DNA of 64,000 bases from Pyrinomonadaceae bacterium (lineage in GTDB: Bacteria; Acidobacteriota; Blastocatellia; Pyrinomonadales; Pyrinomonadaceae), in assembly GCA_046313635.1 (NCBI GenBank), contig JBKBYA010000002.1:352001-416000 (forward strand), read 5' to 3'. The notes beneath the pieces were generated by a model. It had not been told where the DNA came from. It made no database searches and was given only the letters and a program-made list of their open reading frames with translations. A program made the translations under genes and the position numbers. Each line of letters opens with the position of its first letter. Within the stretch, counting starts at the first letter, position 1. Below, piece after piece: positions 10,525 to 20,332 of this stretch.

Positions 10525-11712
10525 TCAGCGAGAGGCGGTCAACGCGTCAACGACCGCACGGACCGAAAAGTATCCCATCAGCAAAACGACCAGCCAGCCG
10601 GCGGCGGACATATAGACCGGATGCCGGTATTCGCCGGTAATTTTCTTTTGCCTCGCGGCGAGCAGGACGATCGAGAGACCGACAGGCAGGATAAAACCGT
10701 TGACGGTCCCCGCCCAGATCAGCAGCTGGACAGGCCGGCCGACCGCGAGAAAGACGGCTGCGGAAACGACTATGAAAACGATAACCGCCGCGTTATTGTG
10801 CTTCTCGAGCCGCGGGTGGAGAGTTTTGAGGAACGAGATCGACGTGTACGCCGCACCGACGACAGAGGTGATCGCCGCCGCCCACATGACGACGCCGAAC
10901 ATCCTCGATCCAAGATCGCCCGCCGCAGCCCGAAAGACCGAGGCCGGCGGATTAGCGGCGTCGAGTGTCGAGCCCGCATAGATCACGCCGAAGGCGGCCA
11001 AAAACAAAAGTGCGCGGATCACCGCCGTCAGAGCGATGCCGGTCACCGCGCCCCTGTCGACCGACCGCAGCGAATGTCGTCCCACGATGCCCGCGTCGAT
11101 CAGTCGATGGGCACCTGCAAAGGTGATATAGCCTCCGACCGTGCCGCCGACAAGCGTGACGATCGCACGCGCATCGATCTTGTCAGGCCAAACTGTTTTG
11201 AGTGCGGCATCACCGAGCGGCGGCCCTGACGCGACGACGACGTAGACGATCAATCCGATCATCAGCACGCCCAGCAGCTTTACAAAGAGGTCCATCGCCC
11301 GCCCTGCTTCGCGGACGACGAAGATCGCGATGGCGACGGCTGCGCTCGCGGCGGCGCCGTATTCGGGCCTGATCCCGGCGAGAGCATTGAGGCCGAGTCC
11401 GCAGCCCGCGATATTCCCGATGTTAAAGACAAGTCCGCCGAATACGACGAGTGCGGCCAAGAGGTAGCCCGAGCCGCGAATGGTCTCGTTCGCGACGTCC
11501 TGCGCACGCTTGCCCGAGACGGTCAGGACCCGCCAGATGTTGAGCTGAGCAAAAATGTCGAGCACGACCGACAGCAGTATCACAAAGCCAAAGCTGCCCA
11601 GCAGCTGACCCGTAAAGACGGCGGTCTGCGTAAGAAAGCCTGGGCCGACGGCCGACGTCGCCATCAGGAATGCGGCCCCGAGCAGGGCCGAGGCGACGGG
11701 CGTTCGTTTCAT
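10525..11712 (-). CDS. NRAMP-like YcsG-family transporter (putative 5-oxoproline transporter)
   Basis: LLGAAFLMATSAVGPGFLTQT and GGTVGGYITFAGAHRL motifs; multiple TM segments; overlaps pxpA stop. Confidence 0.88.
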   Translation of the reverse strand: MKRTPVASALLGAAFLMATSAVGPGFLTQTAVFTGQLLGSFGFVILLSVVLDIFAQLNIWRVLTVSGKRAQDVANETIRGSGYLLAALVVFGGLVFNIGNIAGCGLGLNALAGIRPEYGAAASAAVAIAIFVVREAGRAMDLFVKLLGVLMIGLIVYVVVASGPPLGDAALKTVWPDKIDARAIVTLVGGTVGGYITFAGAHRLIDAGIVGRHSLRSVDRGAVTGIALTAVIRALLFLAAFGVIYAGSTLDAANPPASVFRAAAGDLGSRMFGVVMWAAAITSVVGAAYTSISFLKTLHPRLEKHNNAAVIVFIVVSAAVFLAVGRPVQLLIWAGTVNGFILPVGLSIVLLAARQKKITGEYRHPVYMSAAGWLVVLLMGYFSVRAVVDALTASR

Positions 11713-12479
11713 TCCGATCGTTGAGAGACGGGTCGAATATGATATCCGGCGGCGGTCAGCCGCGAGCTGATCGCGCGGGCAAACTCGAGCGCGTTGGGAC
11801 CGTCGCCATGAATGCATACCGTGTCGGCCGTGATCGGCAGGGAGCTCCCGTCGATGGCCGTGACCGTTCCGCTTTGCAGCATTGCAGCGACCTGTGCCGC
11901 GGCGTCGTTCGTGTCGGTGATAACGGCCCGCGGCTGCGAACGCGGCGTCAGTGAGCCGTCGGGCGAATACGTCCGATCGGCAAAGACCTCCGACGCCGCG
12001 GTCAGTCCTGCCGCGGCGGCCGCCTCGATCAGCTCGCTGCCCGCCAGCCCGAAGAGGACGAGCGAGTCGTCGATCGACCTCACGGCCTCGGCGATCGCGT
12101 CCGCGGCATCACGATCGCGAGCAGCACGATTGTAAAGCGCGCCGTGCGGCTTGACGTGGCTCAGGCGCCCGCCGAGCGACTCGCAGATGCCGCGCACGGC
12201 CGCGACCTGATAGAGCACGGCGTCAAAGATCTCGCTTTGGGACAATGCCATCTCGCGCCGGCCAAACCCCTGCAGGTCCGGGTAGGACGGATGGGCGCCG
12301 ACGGCCTTGCCTTTGGCGAGCGCGATCTCCACGGTCGAGCGGATAGTCGTCGGGTCGCCGGCATGAAAGCCGCACGCGATGTTGACCGACGAGACGTGGT
12401 CCATCAATTCGCCGTCGCGGCCCATACGCCACGCGCCGTAGCTCTCGCCCATATCGCAGTTGAGATCGATAGCTCTCAT
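11709..12479 (-). CDS. pxpA: 5-oxoprolinase subunit A (LamB/YcsF)
   Basis: DLNCDMGES, NIACGFHAGDP, HVKPHGALYN, CIHGD. Confidence 0.96.
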   Translation of the reverse strand: MRAIDLNCDMGESYGAWRMGRDGELMDHVSSVNIACGFHAGDPTTIRSTVEIALAKGKAVGAHPSYPDLQGFGRREMALSQSEIFDAVLYQVAAVRGICESLGGRLSHVKPHGALYNRAARDRDAADAIAEAVRSIDDSLVLFGLAGSELIEAAAAAGLTAASEVFADRTYSPDGSLTPRSQPRAVITDTNDAAAQVAAMLQSGTVTAIDGSSLPITADTVCIHGDGPNALEFARAISSRLTAAGYHIRPVSQRSE

Positions 12480-12495
12480 TCGGTCAAAAAGGTTA

Positions 12496-13452
12496 TCACA
12501 GACCGCCGCTGATCATCCGGCCCGTGCGCAAGAGGCGGAGCGATCGTTCAAATTCGAGCATCAGCGAGACGGCCTCGTCTTGTGAGATCAATTCAAAGCG
12601 AAGGCTCTCGCCCGGGCCTCGCTGCGCCAGCTTATGCAGATCGGCCGACGCGACGACGGCGACGCGCGGGTAGCCGCCGGTCGTCTGGTGATCGGCGCCG
12701 AGGATGATGAGCTGGCCGTCGGGCAGCAGCTGGACCGTGCCGAAGCATACGGCCGAAGAGAGCAGCTCGGAATGTTCAAGGGTGTCGAGCGATTCGCCGA
12801 TGAGTCGGCAGCCCATCCGGTCAGATTCGGGCGAGATGATAAATTCGCATTCAAAGAGCCGCTGCAGAGAGCGCGCCGAGAAGAGATGAAATTCAGGACC
12901 AGGCAGTATTCGGATCGGCCCGCCTTCGTTCAAGCCGCACATCGAAGGGCCGGCCGCGAACGTCGGAACAAAGCTCATCGACCTGCCGACGTTGAACTCC
13001 AGCCGGTCGCCCGCGAGCAAACGCCGGCCGTAAGATCCGCCCACGCCCGCCGCGAGATATGTGCTGCGGCTGCCAAGCCATTCGTCGATCGCGAAGCCGC
13101 CCGCGACGCCGAGATAGACTCGCTCGCCCGAGCGTTTGCAGGCGAATCGGAGCACCGCTCCTTTCGCGACCCCGAGCGTTTGCCAGACCGCAAGGCTCTC
13201 GCCGTCGATCCTCGCGTCAAAGTCGGCGCCGCCGAGCGCGATGACGGCGTCGGACTCAAATGCGATCTCACCGGCGGGGAAGTGCAGCTCGAGGACCGCT
13301 TCGCCGTCCGGGTTGCCGAGCAGCGCGTTCACGATCCTTACTGCGCGGGCGTCCATCGCGCCGGCCGTACCGACACCGAGCCGGTGCCAGCCGCCGCGTC
13401 CGAGGTCCTGGACGGTGGTCAGAATGCCGGCCTTGCGGATCGTTATCGCCAT
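12496..13452 (-). CDS. pxpC: 5-oxoprolinase subunit C (KipA-like)
   Basis: TTVQDLGR.G, GSRST, SDRMG and D.QTTGGYP motifs. Confidence 0.93.
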   Translation of the reverse strand: MAITIRKAGILTTVQDLGRGGWHRLGVGTAGAMDARAVRIVNALLGNPDGEAVLELHFPAGEIAFESDAVIALGGADFDARIDGESLAVWQTLGVAKGAVLRFACKRSGERVYLGVAGGFAIDEWLGSRSTYLAAGVGGSYGRRLLAGDRLEFNVGRSMSFVPTFAAGPSMCGLNEGGPIRILPGPEFHLFSARSLQRLFECEFIISPESDRMGCRLIGESLDTLEHSELLSSAVCFGTVQLLPDGQLIILGADHQTTGGYPRVAVVASADLHKLAQRGPGESLRFELISQDEAVSLMLEFERSLRLLRTGRMISGGL

Positions 13453-13461
13453 CGGTCGAAC

Positions 13462-14157
13462 CTACTCGCGCACAAATCTCACCGTGTCGCCCGGCTGCAG
13501 CAGGCTGAGCCGTTCGGCAGATGGGTCGAACATCTTCGTCGACGTGCGGCCGATCAGCTGCCAGCCGCCGGGCGACGCGAGCGGGTAAACGCCGGTCTGC
13601 CTGCCGGCGATGCCGATGCTGCCGGCCGGGACGACGGTTCTCGGCGTCGGCAGACGATCGACCGCGATGCGCTCGTCGACCTCGCCGAGATACGCGAAGC
13701 CGGGCAAAAAGCCGAGCATATAAACGTGGTAGCTGCGCGAGAGAAATATTTCGATAAAGTCCGCGGACAACAGGCCGCACATCTCCGCGGCCCGCGACAG
13801 GTCGGGCGAATATTCGCCGCCGAATCTTGCGGCGATCTCGATCGTGCGACCGGCGGCGTGGCCGGTCGCCTCGAGACCGGCGATCTTCTCGACGAGCCGC
13901 CCGCGCACAAATTCGAACGAGCTCTCGCCGCCTGCAGCCGCGTTTCGGCTGACGACTATCGGATCAAAGAATACGGTCGTCGAGGCGAATGCGGGGACCG
14001 ACTCGACATAACCGGGAAGATCTTCCGCGTCCTCGCCAAGTCGTCGGGCGAGCGAGATCGCGCGCGCATTCAGCTCGCGCGAGATGACCGTGCCAAATTC
14101 GACCACGACAGCGGCCTCGCCGAGCGGGACGATGCGGACGGGGTCGCTCTCGCTCAT
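13462..14157 (-). CDS. pxpB: 5-oxoprolinase subunit B (KipI-like)
   Basis: YMLGFLPGFAYL, PAGSIGIAGRQTGVYP..SPGGWQLIGRT. Confidence 0.95.
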   Translation of the reverse strand: MSESDPVRIVPLGEAAVVVEFGTVISRELNARAISLARRLGEDAEDLPGYVESVPAFASTTVFFDPIVVSRNAAAGGESSFEFVRGRLVEKIAGLEATGHAAGRTIEIAARFGGEYSPDLSRAAEMCGLLSADFIEIFLSRSYHVYMLGFLPGFAYLGEVDERIAVDRLPTPRTVVPAGSIGIAGRQTGVYPLASPGGWQLIGRTSTKMFDPSAERLSLLQPGDTVRFVRE

Positions 14158-14969
14158 CTGCGGCGCTGTTTCGGGTCGAGATACTCGCGCAGCCCGTCGC
14201 CGATAAAGTTAAAGGCGAGGACGATCAAAGCGATCGCGAGTCCGGGAAAAAAGAGCACGTGCGGCGCGTTGATGAGAATATCGAAGCCGCGGGCTTCCTC
14301 GATCATCGTGCCCCAACTCGGGGCCGGCGGCGGGATGCCGAGGCCGAGGAATGAGAGCGAAGCCTCGGACATCACGGCGCCTGCCATTCCGAGCGAGGCC
14401 TGAACGATCAGCGGCTGAACGGCGTTTGGCAGGATGTGCGTGAAAAGTATCCGCAGGTTGCCGGCGCCGAGCGCGCGGGCGGCGGTGACAAAATCGTATT
14501 CGCGTACCTTGAGCACCTGTCCGCGCATCACGCGGGCGTAGCCGACCCAGCCGATCACGCACAGAGCGAGGATGAGCTTGCCGAGGCCGGCGCCGAGAAA
14601 CGCGACGAGCGCGATCGCAAGCAGCAGGCCCGGGAACGCGAGAAATACGTTAAAGACGTAGCCTGACAAGAACCGGTCGACCCGACCGCCGTAAAACCCC
14701 GCGATCGATCCGACGATCGTGCCGATCACAGACGAGACCAAAACGACAGTTACTCCGACCTCGAGCGAGATGCGCGCGCCGTAGACGACGCGTGAAAAAA
14801 CGTCGCGGCCGAGAGCGTCCGTTCCAAACCAATGCCCGGCCGACGGCGCGGCGTATCGCGTCGCGAGGTCCTGCGCCGTCACGTCGTGGGTCGCGATCAG
14901 CGGCGCAAAGATCGCGGTGACGATGAACGTCAACGCGATCGCAATGCCGATGTATGCGAGCCTATTCAT
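14154..14969 (-). CDS. Peptide/nickel ABC transporter permease (DppC/OppC-like)
   Basis: HWFGTDALGRDVFSR; EAA-like FVTAARALGA; WGTMI. Confidence 0.93.
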   Translation of the reverse strand: MNRLAYIGIAIALTFIVTAIFAPLIATHDVTAQDLATRYAAPSAGHWFGTDALGRDVFSRVVYGARISLEVGVTVVLVSSVIGTIVGSIAGFYGGRVDRFLSGYVFNVFLAFPGLLLAIALVAFLGAGLGKLILALCVIGWVGYARVMRGQVLKVREYDFVTAARALGAGNLRILFTHILPNAVQPLIVQASLGMAGAVMSEASLSFLGLGIPPPAPSWGTMIEEARGFDILINAPHVLFFPGLAIALIVLAFNFIGDGLREYLDPKQRRR

Positions 14970-15950
14970 TTACGAGAGTCTGATCCGCGGGTCGAGGCGG
15001 CTGTAGATCAGATCGGTGAGCGAATTGGCGATGATGTACGTCACGCTAATGACGAGCACGCAGCCCTGTACGAGCCGATAGTCGCGCTTGCCGATGCCGT
15101 CCTCGAGCAGCAGCAGGCCGAGGCCGGGCCATCCGAATATCTTTTCGGTGATGATCGCTCCCGCCAGCAGCACGCCGAGCTGCAGACCGAGAACGGTGAC
15201 GACCGGGATCAGACCGTTTTTCAGCACGTGCTTGTAGATCACCTTTCGCTCGCTCAGGCCTTTGGCCCGCGCCGTGCGGACGTAATCTTCGCCGAGCTCT
15301 TCGATCACGCTCGAGCGCACCATTCGCGTCAGGATCGCCGACAGCGCCGCTCCGAGCGTGACGGCGGGCAGGACGATGTCCTCGGGATTGGCGCTGCCCA
15401 TCGGCGAGAACCAACGGAGCTTTACCGCAAACAGATAGACGAGAAACGGTCCGATCACAAAGGTCGGCAGCGAGATGCCGAGCAGGGCGACGAACGACGC
15501 GAAGTTGTCGATCAGCGTATTCTTGTGCGTCCCCGCCACGACGCCGAGCGGAATGGCGATGCCGACGGCGACGATCATCGACGCAAGCGCGAGCTGGATC
15601 GTCGTCGGATATCGATCGAGGATCATTTCGAGCACCGGCCGGTCTGTGCGGAACGAGCGGCCGAGATCGCCCTGAAGCAGGCCGGCCCAGTAATCGACGT
15701 ACCGGTTGTCGACGCCGTGCCACCGGAGACCGCCGTCGTCACCGCGGCCGAAAAAGAACGCAGGCTTGTCGAGGCCGTGCCTGCGATCGAAATTCTCGAT
15801 CTGCTCCTGCGTCGCGGTCTCGCCGAGGATCGTCGTCGCGGGCGTGCCGGGCACGATCTCGATCAGCAGCGTGACGAGAGACACGACGGTCCAGATCACG
15901 AGCAGTGTCAGACCGAGCCGCCGGGCCAGTTTTAGGAGACGATTTTTCAT
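14970..15950 (-). CDS. Peptide/nickel ABC transporter permease (DppB/OppB-like)
   Basis: GDLGRSF, DYVRTARAKGL, ITEKIFGWPGLG; start at MKNRLL. Confidence 0.93.
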   Translation of the reverse strand: MKNRLLKLARRLGLTLLVIWTVVSLVTLLIEIVPGTPATTILGETATQEQIENFDRRHGLDKPAFFFGRGDDGGLRWHGVDNRYVDYWAGLLQGDLGRSFRTDRPVLEMILDRYPTTIQLALASMIVAVGIAIPLGVVAGTHKNTLIDNFASFVALLGISLPTFVIGPFLVYLFAVKLRWFSPMGSANPEDIVLPAVTLGAALSAILTRMVRSSVIEELGEDYVRTARAKGLSERKVIYKHVLKNGLIPVVTVLGLQLGVLLAGAIITEKIFGWPGLGLLLLEDGIGKRDYRLVQGCVLVISVTYIIANSLTDLIYSRLDPRIRLS

Positions 15951-15997
15951 CAAAACCAGCAAAAGTTTAGCGTCTCGGCCCGCTGGCGACAAAACGG

Positions 15998-16729
15998 TCA
16001 GACCTTTGTGCCGGTGTGGATCGCGGCGATGCCGCCGGTGAGGTTTGTGTATTCGACCGCGGTGAAGCCGGTCTCGCTCATCATCGCGGCGAGCTCTTGC
16101 TGGCTGGGGAATTTGGCGACCGAACGGGGAAGGTACTCGTACGCTCCGCGCGAGCCGCTGACGATGCCGCCGATGCGGGGCAGTATCTGCGTGAAGTAAA
16201 GATCGAAGACCTGGCGAAAGCCCGGCACGACCGGACTCGAAAATTCGAGTACGACGAGCCTGCCGCCGGGCTTGATCACGCGGTGGAGCTCTCGGAGGCC
16301 GTTGGCGAAATTGGGCAGGTTCCTGAGCCCGAAAGCGATCGTCACCGCGTCAAACGTCCCGTCGGCAAACCCGAGCTGCATCGCATCGGCCTCGACAAAT
16401 GGGACGCGCGGGCCGGCGGCCTCCGCCTTCTCGGCGGCGACGGCGAGCATCGGGCGGCAAAAGTCTGTGCCGATCACGCGTGCCTTTGCGCCGGTCTGCA
16501 ATTCGAACGAGAGATCGCCGGTCCCGCATGCGACGTCGAGAACGAGCGCCCTCGGGTCGTCGAGCACGTCGGCCAGCCGGCGGCGGACCTTGCGGCGCCA
16601 AGACCTGTCGATGTTGAGCGAGAGGAAGTGATTCAGGAGATCGTAGCGGCCCGCGATGCCCGCAAACATCTCGCGTACGGCCCGCGAATGCGCGGCCTCG
16701 TTGGCTGCGGCGTTGTCGGTGGTCTGCAC
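15998..16729 (-). CDS. ubiE: Ubiquinone/menaquinone biosynthesis C-methyltransferase (UbiE/MenG)
   Basis: MFAGIAGRYDLLNH, LDVACGTGD, AFGLRN; GTG start 16729 with AGGA SD. Confidence 0.93.
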   Translation of the reverse strand: MQTTDNAAANEAAHSRAVREMFAGIAGRYDLLNHFLSLNIDRSWRRKVRRRLADVLDDPRALVLDVACGTGDLSFELQTGAKARVIGTDFCRPMLAVAAEKAEAAGPRVPFVEADAMQLGFADGTFDAVTIAFGLRNLPNFANGLRELHRVIKPGGRLVVLEFSSPVVPGFRQVFDLYFTQILPRIGGIVSGSRGAYEYLPRSVAKFPSQQELAAMMSETGFTAVEYTNLTGGIAAIHTGTKV

Positions 16730-16731
16730 GG

Positions 16732-18015
16732 CTATTCCTGCCCCTTTGCCTGTGCGGTCACGACGACGGCCGCCGACGGCAGTTTCTGAATTCGATCTAT
16801 CGCCGCCTGTACATCGGCGAGCGTGGTCGCGGCGAAGCGGGCATTCTCGCGTTCGATCGCGTCGAGCTTGTATGTGTCGATATCGAGCCAGCGGTCGGCG
16901 AGCGGAAGGCCGTTCCACGCTTCAAGGAATGCGGCTTTGGCCGACTGGAACTCGGCGTCCGCAACGGGAGCCCGCAGCGCCCGAGAGATCAGCTCCGACG
17001 CTTCTAACTTGTTGCCCGTCGCCGCGCGCGTGCCGCCAAATCCGATGATCAGCGTTCCCGGTAACGTATGCGGCCGGTGAGCGACTCGAACGCTCTCTCG
17101 AAACTCGGCCGGCACCTGCGACCGCAGACGCGACTCGAGAATGCGTGCCGCGATCTCGACGGCCGCGAGATCGGTACTGGAGCGGGCCGTGCCGCGCATC
17201 GCGATGCGGACCTCAAAGGCGTCAGCCGACGGCGAGTCGACAGATTCCACGCCGCCCTCTGGATCGTCGGGCTGACGGAATGTCGAGGGAGCGAGCTTGT
17301 CGGCCTTGAGCCACGAGCCAAAGCTGCGGCGCACCGCGCGGAAAGCAAACGTCCGATCGAACCTGCCCGCCAAAACAAGCGTCGCGTTGTCGGCCGCGAG
17401 GAATCGCTGCCGCGCCTCGATCAGATCGGCGAAGTCGATCTTTTGCAGCGAAGCGGCGGTGCCCGCCGCCGGCCGGCCGTACGGGAAAGTGCCCAGCAGA
17501 CGCTTTGCCGCGGCCGCGTCGGCGACGGCCGCCGCATCCTTTGACGAGCGTTCGACCTCGGCCAGCAGCTCGCTCTTGAGGCGTGCGGTCGTTTCTCTGT
17601 CGATCGCCGGATTGGTGACCGCGTTCGCGACCGTCTCGATCAGCGAAAGCAGATTTTCGGGCGTTGACGACGCGTTGATCTGTATGAAGTCGTAACCGGT
17701 GACGACCTCGAGGTCGCCGCCCAGATCTTCTTTGAAATACTCGCGGGCGACCTCGGTCGGGAAGATGTTTGCCGCGAGCAGACGCATCACGCCTTCCTTG
17801 CCCTGCGGGTCGAATGCCGATCCCGAATGGATACGAAGCCGCAGTTCGACGCGCGGCGATCTTTGGTCCGCGAGCATTACGACCTTGAGGCCGTTGAGCA
17901 GTTTCTCCTGCTTCGCGGTCGCCTGCGGAAAGAGTGCGGGAGCAGCGAGCGAGAGGAGCAGCAGTCCGATCCCGGCCGCGAGCAGTATCTTGGTGACAGT
18001 ATTTCGGATTTTCAT
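16732..18015 (-). CDS. Secreted M16 (insulinase)-family protein, non-catalytic
   Basis: Signal peptide; LLNGLKV...GSAFDPQGKEG; HxxEH motif absent. Confidence 0.8.
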   Translation of the reverse strand: MKIRNTVTKILLAAGIGLLLLSLAAPALFPQATAKQEKLLNGLKVVMLADQRSPRVELRLRIHSGSAFDPQGKEGVMRLLAANIFPTEVAREYFKEDLGGDLEVVTGYDFIQINASSTPENLLSLIETVANAVTNPAIDRETTARLKSELLAEVERSSKDAAAVADAAAAKRLLGTFPYGRPAAGTAASLQKIDFADLIEARQRFLAADNATLVLAGRFDRTFAFRAVRRSFGSWLKADKLAPSTFRQPDDPEGGVESVDSPSADAFEVRIAMRGTARSSTDLAAVEIAARILESRLRSQVPAEFRESVRVAHRPHTLPGTLIIGFGGTRAATGNKLEASELISRALRAPVADAEFQSAKAAFLEAWNGLPLADRWLDIDTYKLDAIERENARFAATTLADVQAAIDRIQKLPSAAVVVTAQAKGQE

Positions 18016-18299
18016 TTGATCAGCGGTCAGAGAGCGATACAGGTTTCGGACGGTTAGTTGCAGCAACCGGGTTAAATGTTGTCGCTGCAATGGGTCAGCA
18101 TCGCGGGTTTACCAAAATTTTAGAGGCCTGCGGGCATCTCGGTCAAACACGTCCGGCATCTATCAAGAGTGTTCGCAGCCGACCTTGTCCGCACCGGCGG
18201 GAAAGCATTGAGAGACCTTAACATCCGATAGAATCGAGATATAATCAGGTTAGGTTTGGTCGTCCTGGATTTTAGGTTCAGACAAAACGAGGCTCAGAG

Positions 18300-19583
18300 A
18301 TGGGAAAGATAGTTAAGTATTGCGAATCTTGCGAAGAGGGATTCGCCGAGAAATTCACCTTCTGCCCGGATTGCGGCGGCCAGCTTCAGGCGTTCGAGAT
18401 GAAGCCGGTCACCGACGGCGGAGAGCCGGAGATCGTCGCGGTCTCACAGCCGCAGACGGCCGACGCTGCGGAGGAGGTGCCGGCGGCGGTCGTCGAGGAG
18501 TTTCGTGTCGAGGACGATTCGCCCGCGGAGGTCTCGTACGAGGAGGAGATCGTCGCCGAATACGACGACCTGGACTTGCACGAGACGAAGAACGAGATCT
18601 CATACTTTGACCGGCCGGCCGCGGCGTCGTCTCACGTTGGGAATGTCTTTACGGCCAGGGCAAAGACGGACGTTGACGATGACGGCTATCACGTCACCGT
18701 CATCGAAGAGAAGAATGTCGGCCAGCGCAACGGGCTGCTGCTCGGAGCGACGGTCTTTATGATCCTCTTTGTGATGTCGGCGACGGTTTACTCGCTCTTC
18801 AGCAAGGACCTCGGCCTGAGCGCCATCGGCGACGACGACGCGATGATCGCTTATCTCGGCGTTACCGAGCCGATGGCGGTCGAAGAAGAAAAAGAGCAAA
18901 AGAAGAAAGACGATGCCGGCGGCGGCGGCGGCGGCGGTAAGAACGAAAAAGATCCGGTCAACCAGGGCGATCTCGCCAACCAGACCAAGAACCCCGTCCG
19001 CCCACCGGACGTCAACACGTATCGCAGCGATAACTTTGAGCTAAAAACACCGACGCCATCGACCGAGGGCAACAAGAAATTTGAGCAGATCTACGGCGTT
19101 TACGGCGATCCGAATTCGCGCTTCGGCAAGCTGTCCAACGGTCCCGGTTCGGGCGGCGGTATCGGCACGGGCGCCGGCACCGGTCAAGGCAGCGGCAGCG
19201 GCACGGGAACGGGCAGCGGCTCAGGATCGGGATACGGCGACGGTGACGGCGACGGCAACGGCAACGGTCGCGGCTCGGGTACGGCCGGCGGGCCTCCGCC
19301 TCCGCCGACCGGCGTGACCTCGCCGCTCGTCATCACATACAAGGCCCGGGCGAACTACACCGACCCGGCTCGGCAAAATAACGTCCAAGGCGTCGTCCGC
19401 CTTCGCGTGACCTTTAATGCTAACGGTACGATCGGTTCGATCTCGCCGGTGAGCACTTTGCCGTACGGATTGACTGAACAGGCCATCGCCGCGGCGCGGC
19501 AGATGAAGTTTGAGCCCAAGAAGGTAAACGGCGTTCCGGTCTCGAGCACGAAGGTCGTCGAGTTCTCGTTCGCGATCTATTGA
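18300..19583 (+). CDS. TonB-family energy transducer with N-terminal Zn-ribbon and Gly-rich linker
   Basis: CESC..CPDC, one TM helix, GGGGGGG/GSGT repeats, TonB_C (YTDPARQ..VQGVV.L.VTF...GLTEQAIAAARQMKFEP). Confidence 0.9.
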   Translation: MGKIVKYCESCEEGFAEKFTFCPDCGGQLQAFEMKPVTDGGEPEIVAVSQPQTADAAEEVPAAVVEEFRVEDDSPAEVSYEEEIVAEYDDLDLHETKNEISYFDRPAAASSHVGNVFTARAKTDVDDDGYHVTVIEEKNVGQRNGLLLGATVFMILFVMSATVYSLFSKDLGLSAIGDDDAMIAYLGVTEPMAVEEEKEQKKKDDAGGGGGGGKNEKDPVNQGDLANQTKNPVRPPDVNTYRSDNFELKTPTPSTEGNKKFEQIYGVYGDPNSRFGKLSNGPGSGGGIGTGAGTGQGSGSGTGTGSGSGSGYGDGDGDGNGNGRGSGTAGGPPPPPTGVTSPLVITYKARANYTDPARQNNVQGVVRLRVTFNANGTIGSISPVSTLPYGLTEQAIAAARQMKFEPKKVNGVPVSSTKVVEFSFAIY

Positions 19584-19610
19584 CCGCTTGGTTCGATAGC
19601 AAAATTAAGA

Positions 19611-19639
19611 GAGGCTGTCTGAAAAGGCGGCCTCTTTTT
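19611..19639 (+). terminator. GAAA-loop hairpin terminator (repeat family copy 1)
   Basis: GAGGCTGTCT-GAAA-AGGCGGCCTC followed by TTTTT. Confidence 0.8.
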
Positions 19640-19660
19640 ATCGCTGCTTTTTGTTTTTGT

Positions 19661-19802
19661 GCCTCGCCGTTCACGGCGGGGTCGAATCTAACTCAAAATT
19701 ACGAAAGGGCGTTTTAACGCCCTTCGATTCTTTGGTTTTGTAAGCCCGTTAAATTGGGTTGCGGGTTGTCCGGTCGCCGACCACGCCCTAAAGGGTCGTG
19801 GC
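19661..19802. repeat. REP-like inverted palindrome doublet
   Basis: GCCTCGCCGTTCACGGCGGGGT and inverted ACCACGCCCTAAAGGGTCGTGGC, with internal hairpin AAGGGCGTTTTAACGCCCTT. Confidence 0.6.
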
Positions 19803-19869
19803 TTATGCTAAGGATCGAGCCTGCTAGTTCATTAGCCGAGACCTCCGTCGCGTTGACTGGCGGCGGCGC

Positions 19870-20262
19870 TCAGATCATATCGCGGCCGCCTTTGGAATTC
19901 TCGTCCAGCTCGTACCGGTCGCGGTCACGCTTTTCGATCTTTTCGAGCAGGTCGAGCGGCTCGTTGTCCTGAAAGTCGATGCCCATCGCATGAGCGTTCT
20001 CCTCGACAACCGACTGGTCAGGCGTCGGATTGTGGCCGCCGACGGCCTCGGCGCCGCTGTCGTTGACCTCCTCCCACTCGGCGTCGATGTCACCGCCCGA
20101 GTCGGCCGGCGATGCGGCGTGATTGGCGTTGAGCCGCTCGAGCAGCTCCTGCGGAGCTTTGGGAGCTCGGTTGACCTCCTCCTCAAAGAACTCCTGAAAC
20201 TCCTCGCTCTGCACCGGTTCGTTCTCGTAAAACTCCAAAGGCTTGCTGCTGTTGACCATCAT
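19870..20262 (-). CDS. DUF6335-like small acidic protein
   Basis: SP.DSGGDIDA.WE....G.EAVGGHNPTPDQ.VVEE motif; AGGAGGA SD before ATG. Confidence 0.75.
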   Translation of the reverse strand: MMVNSSKPLEFYENEPVQSEEFQEFFEEEVNRAPKAPQELLERLNANHAASPADSGGDIDAEWEEVNDSGAEAVGGHNPTPDQSVVEENAHAMGIDFQDNEPLDLLEKIEKRDRDRYELDENSKGGRDMI

Positions 20263-20332
20263 TTCCTCCTTGCAACGTTTGCCCCGGGTCAGCTCGGCTA
20301 AAAACCGCGGCACCCGACAAACCCATTCGTGA

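Noticed and set aside
19140..19290. GGC-rich low-complexity tract
   Set aside because: Encodes the Gly/Ser/Thr linker of the TonB protein, not a DNA-level repeat element
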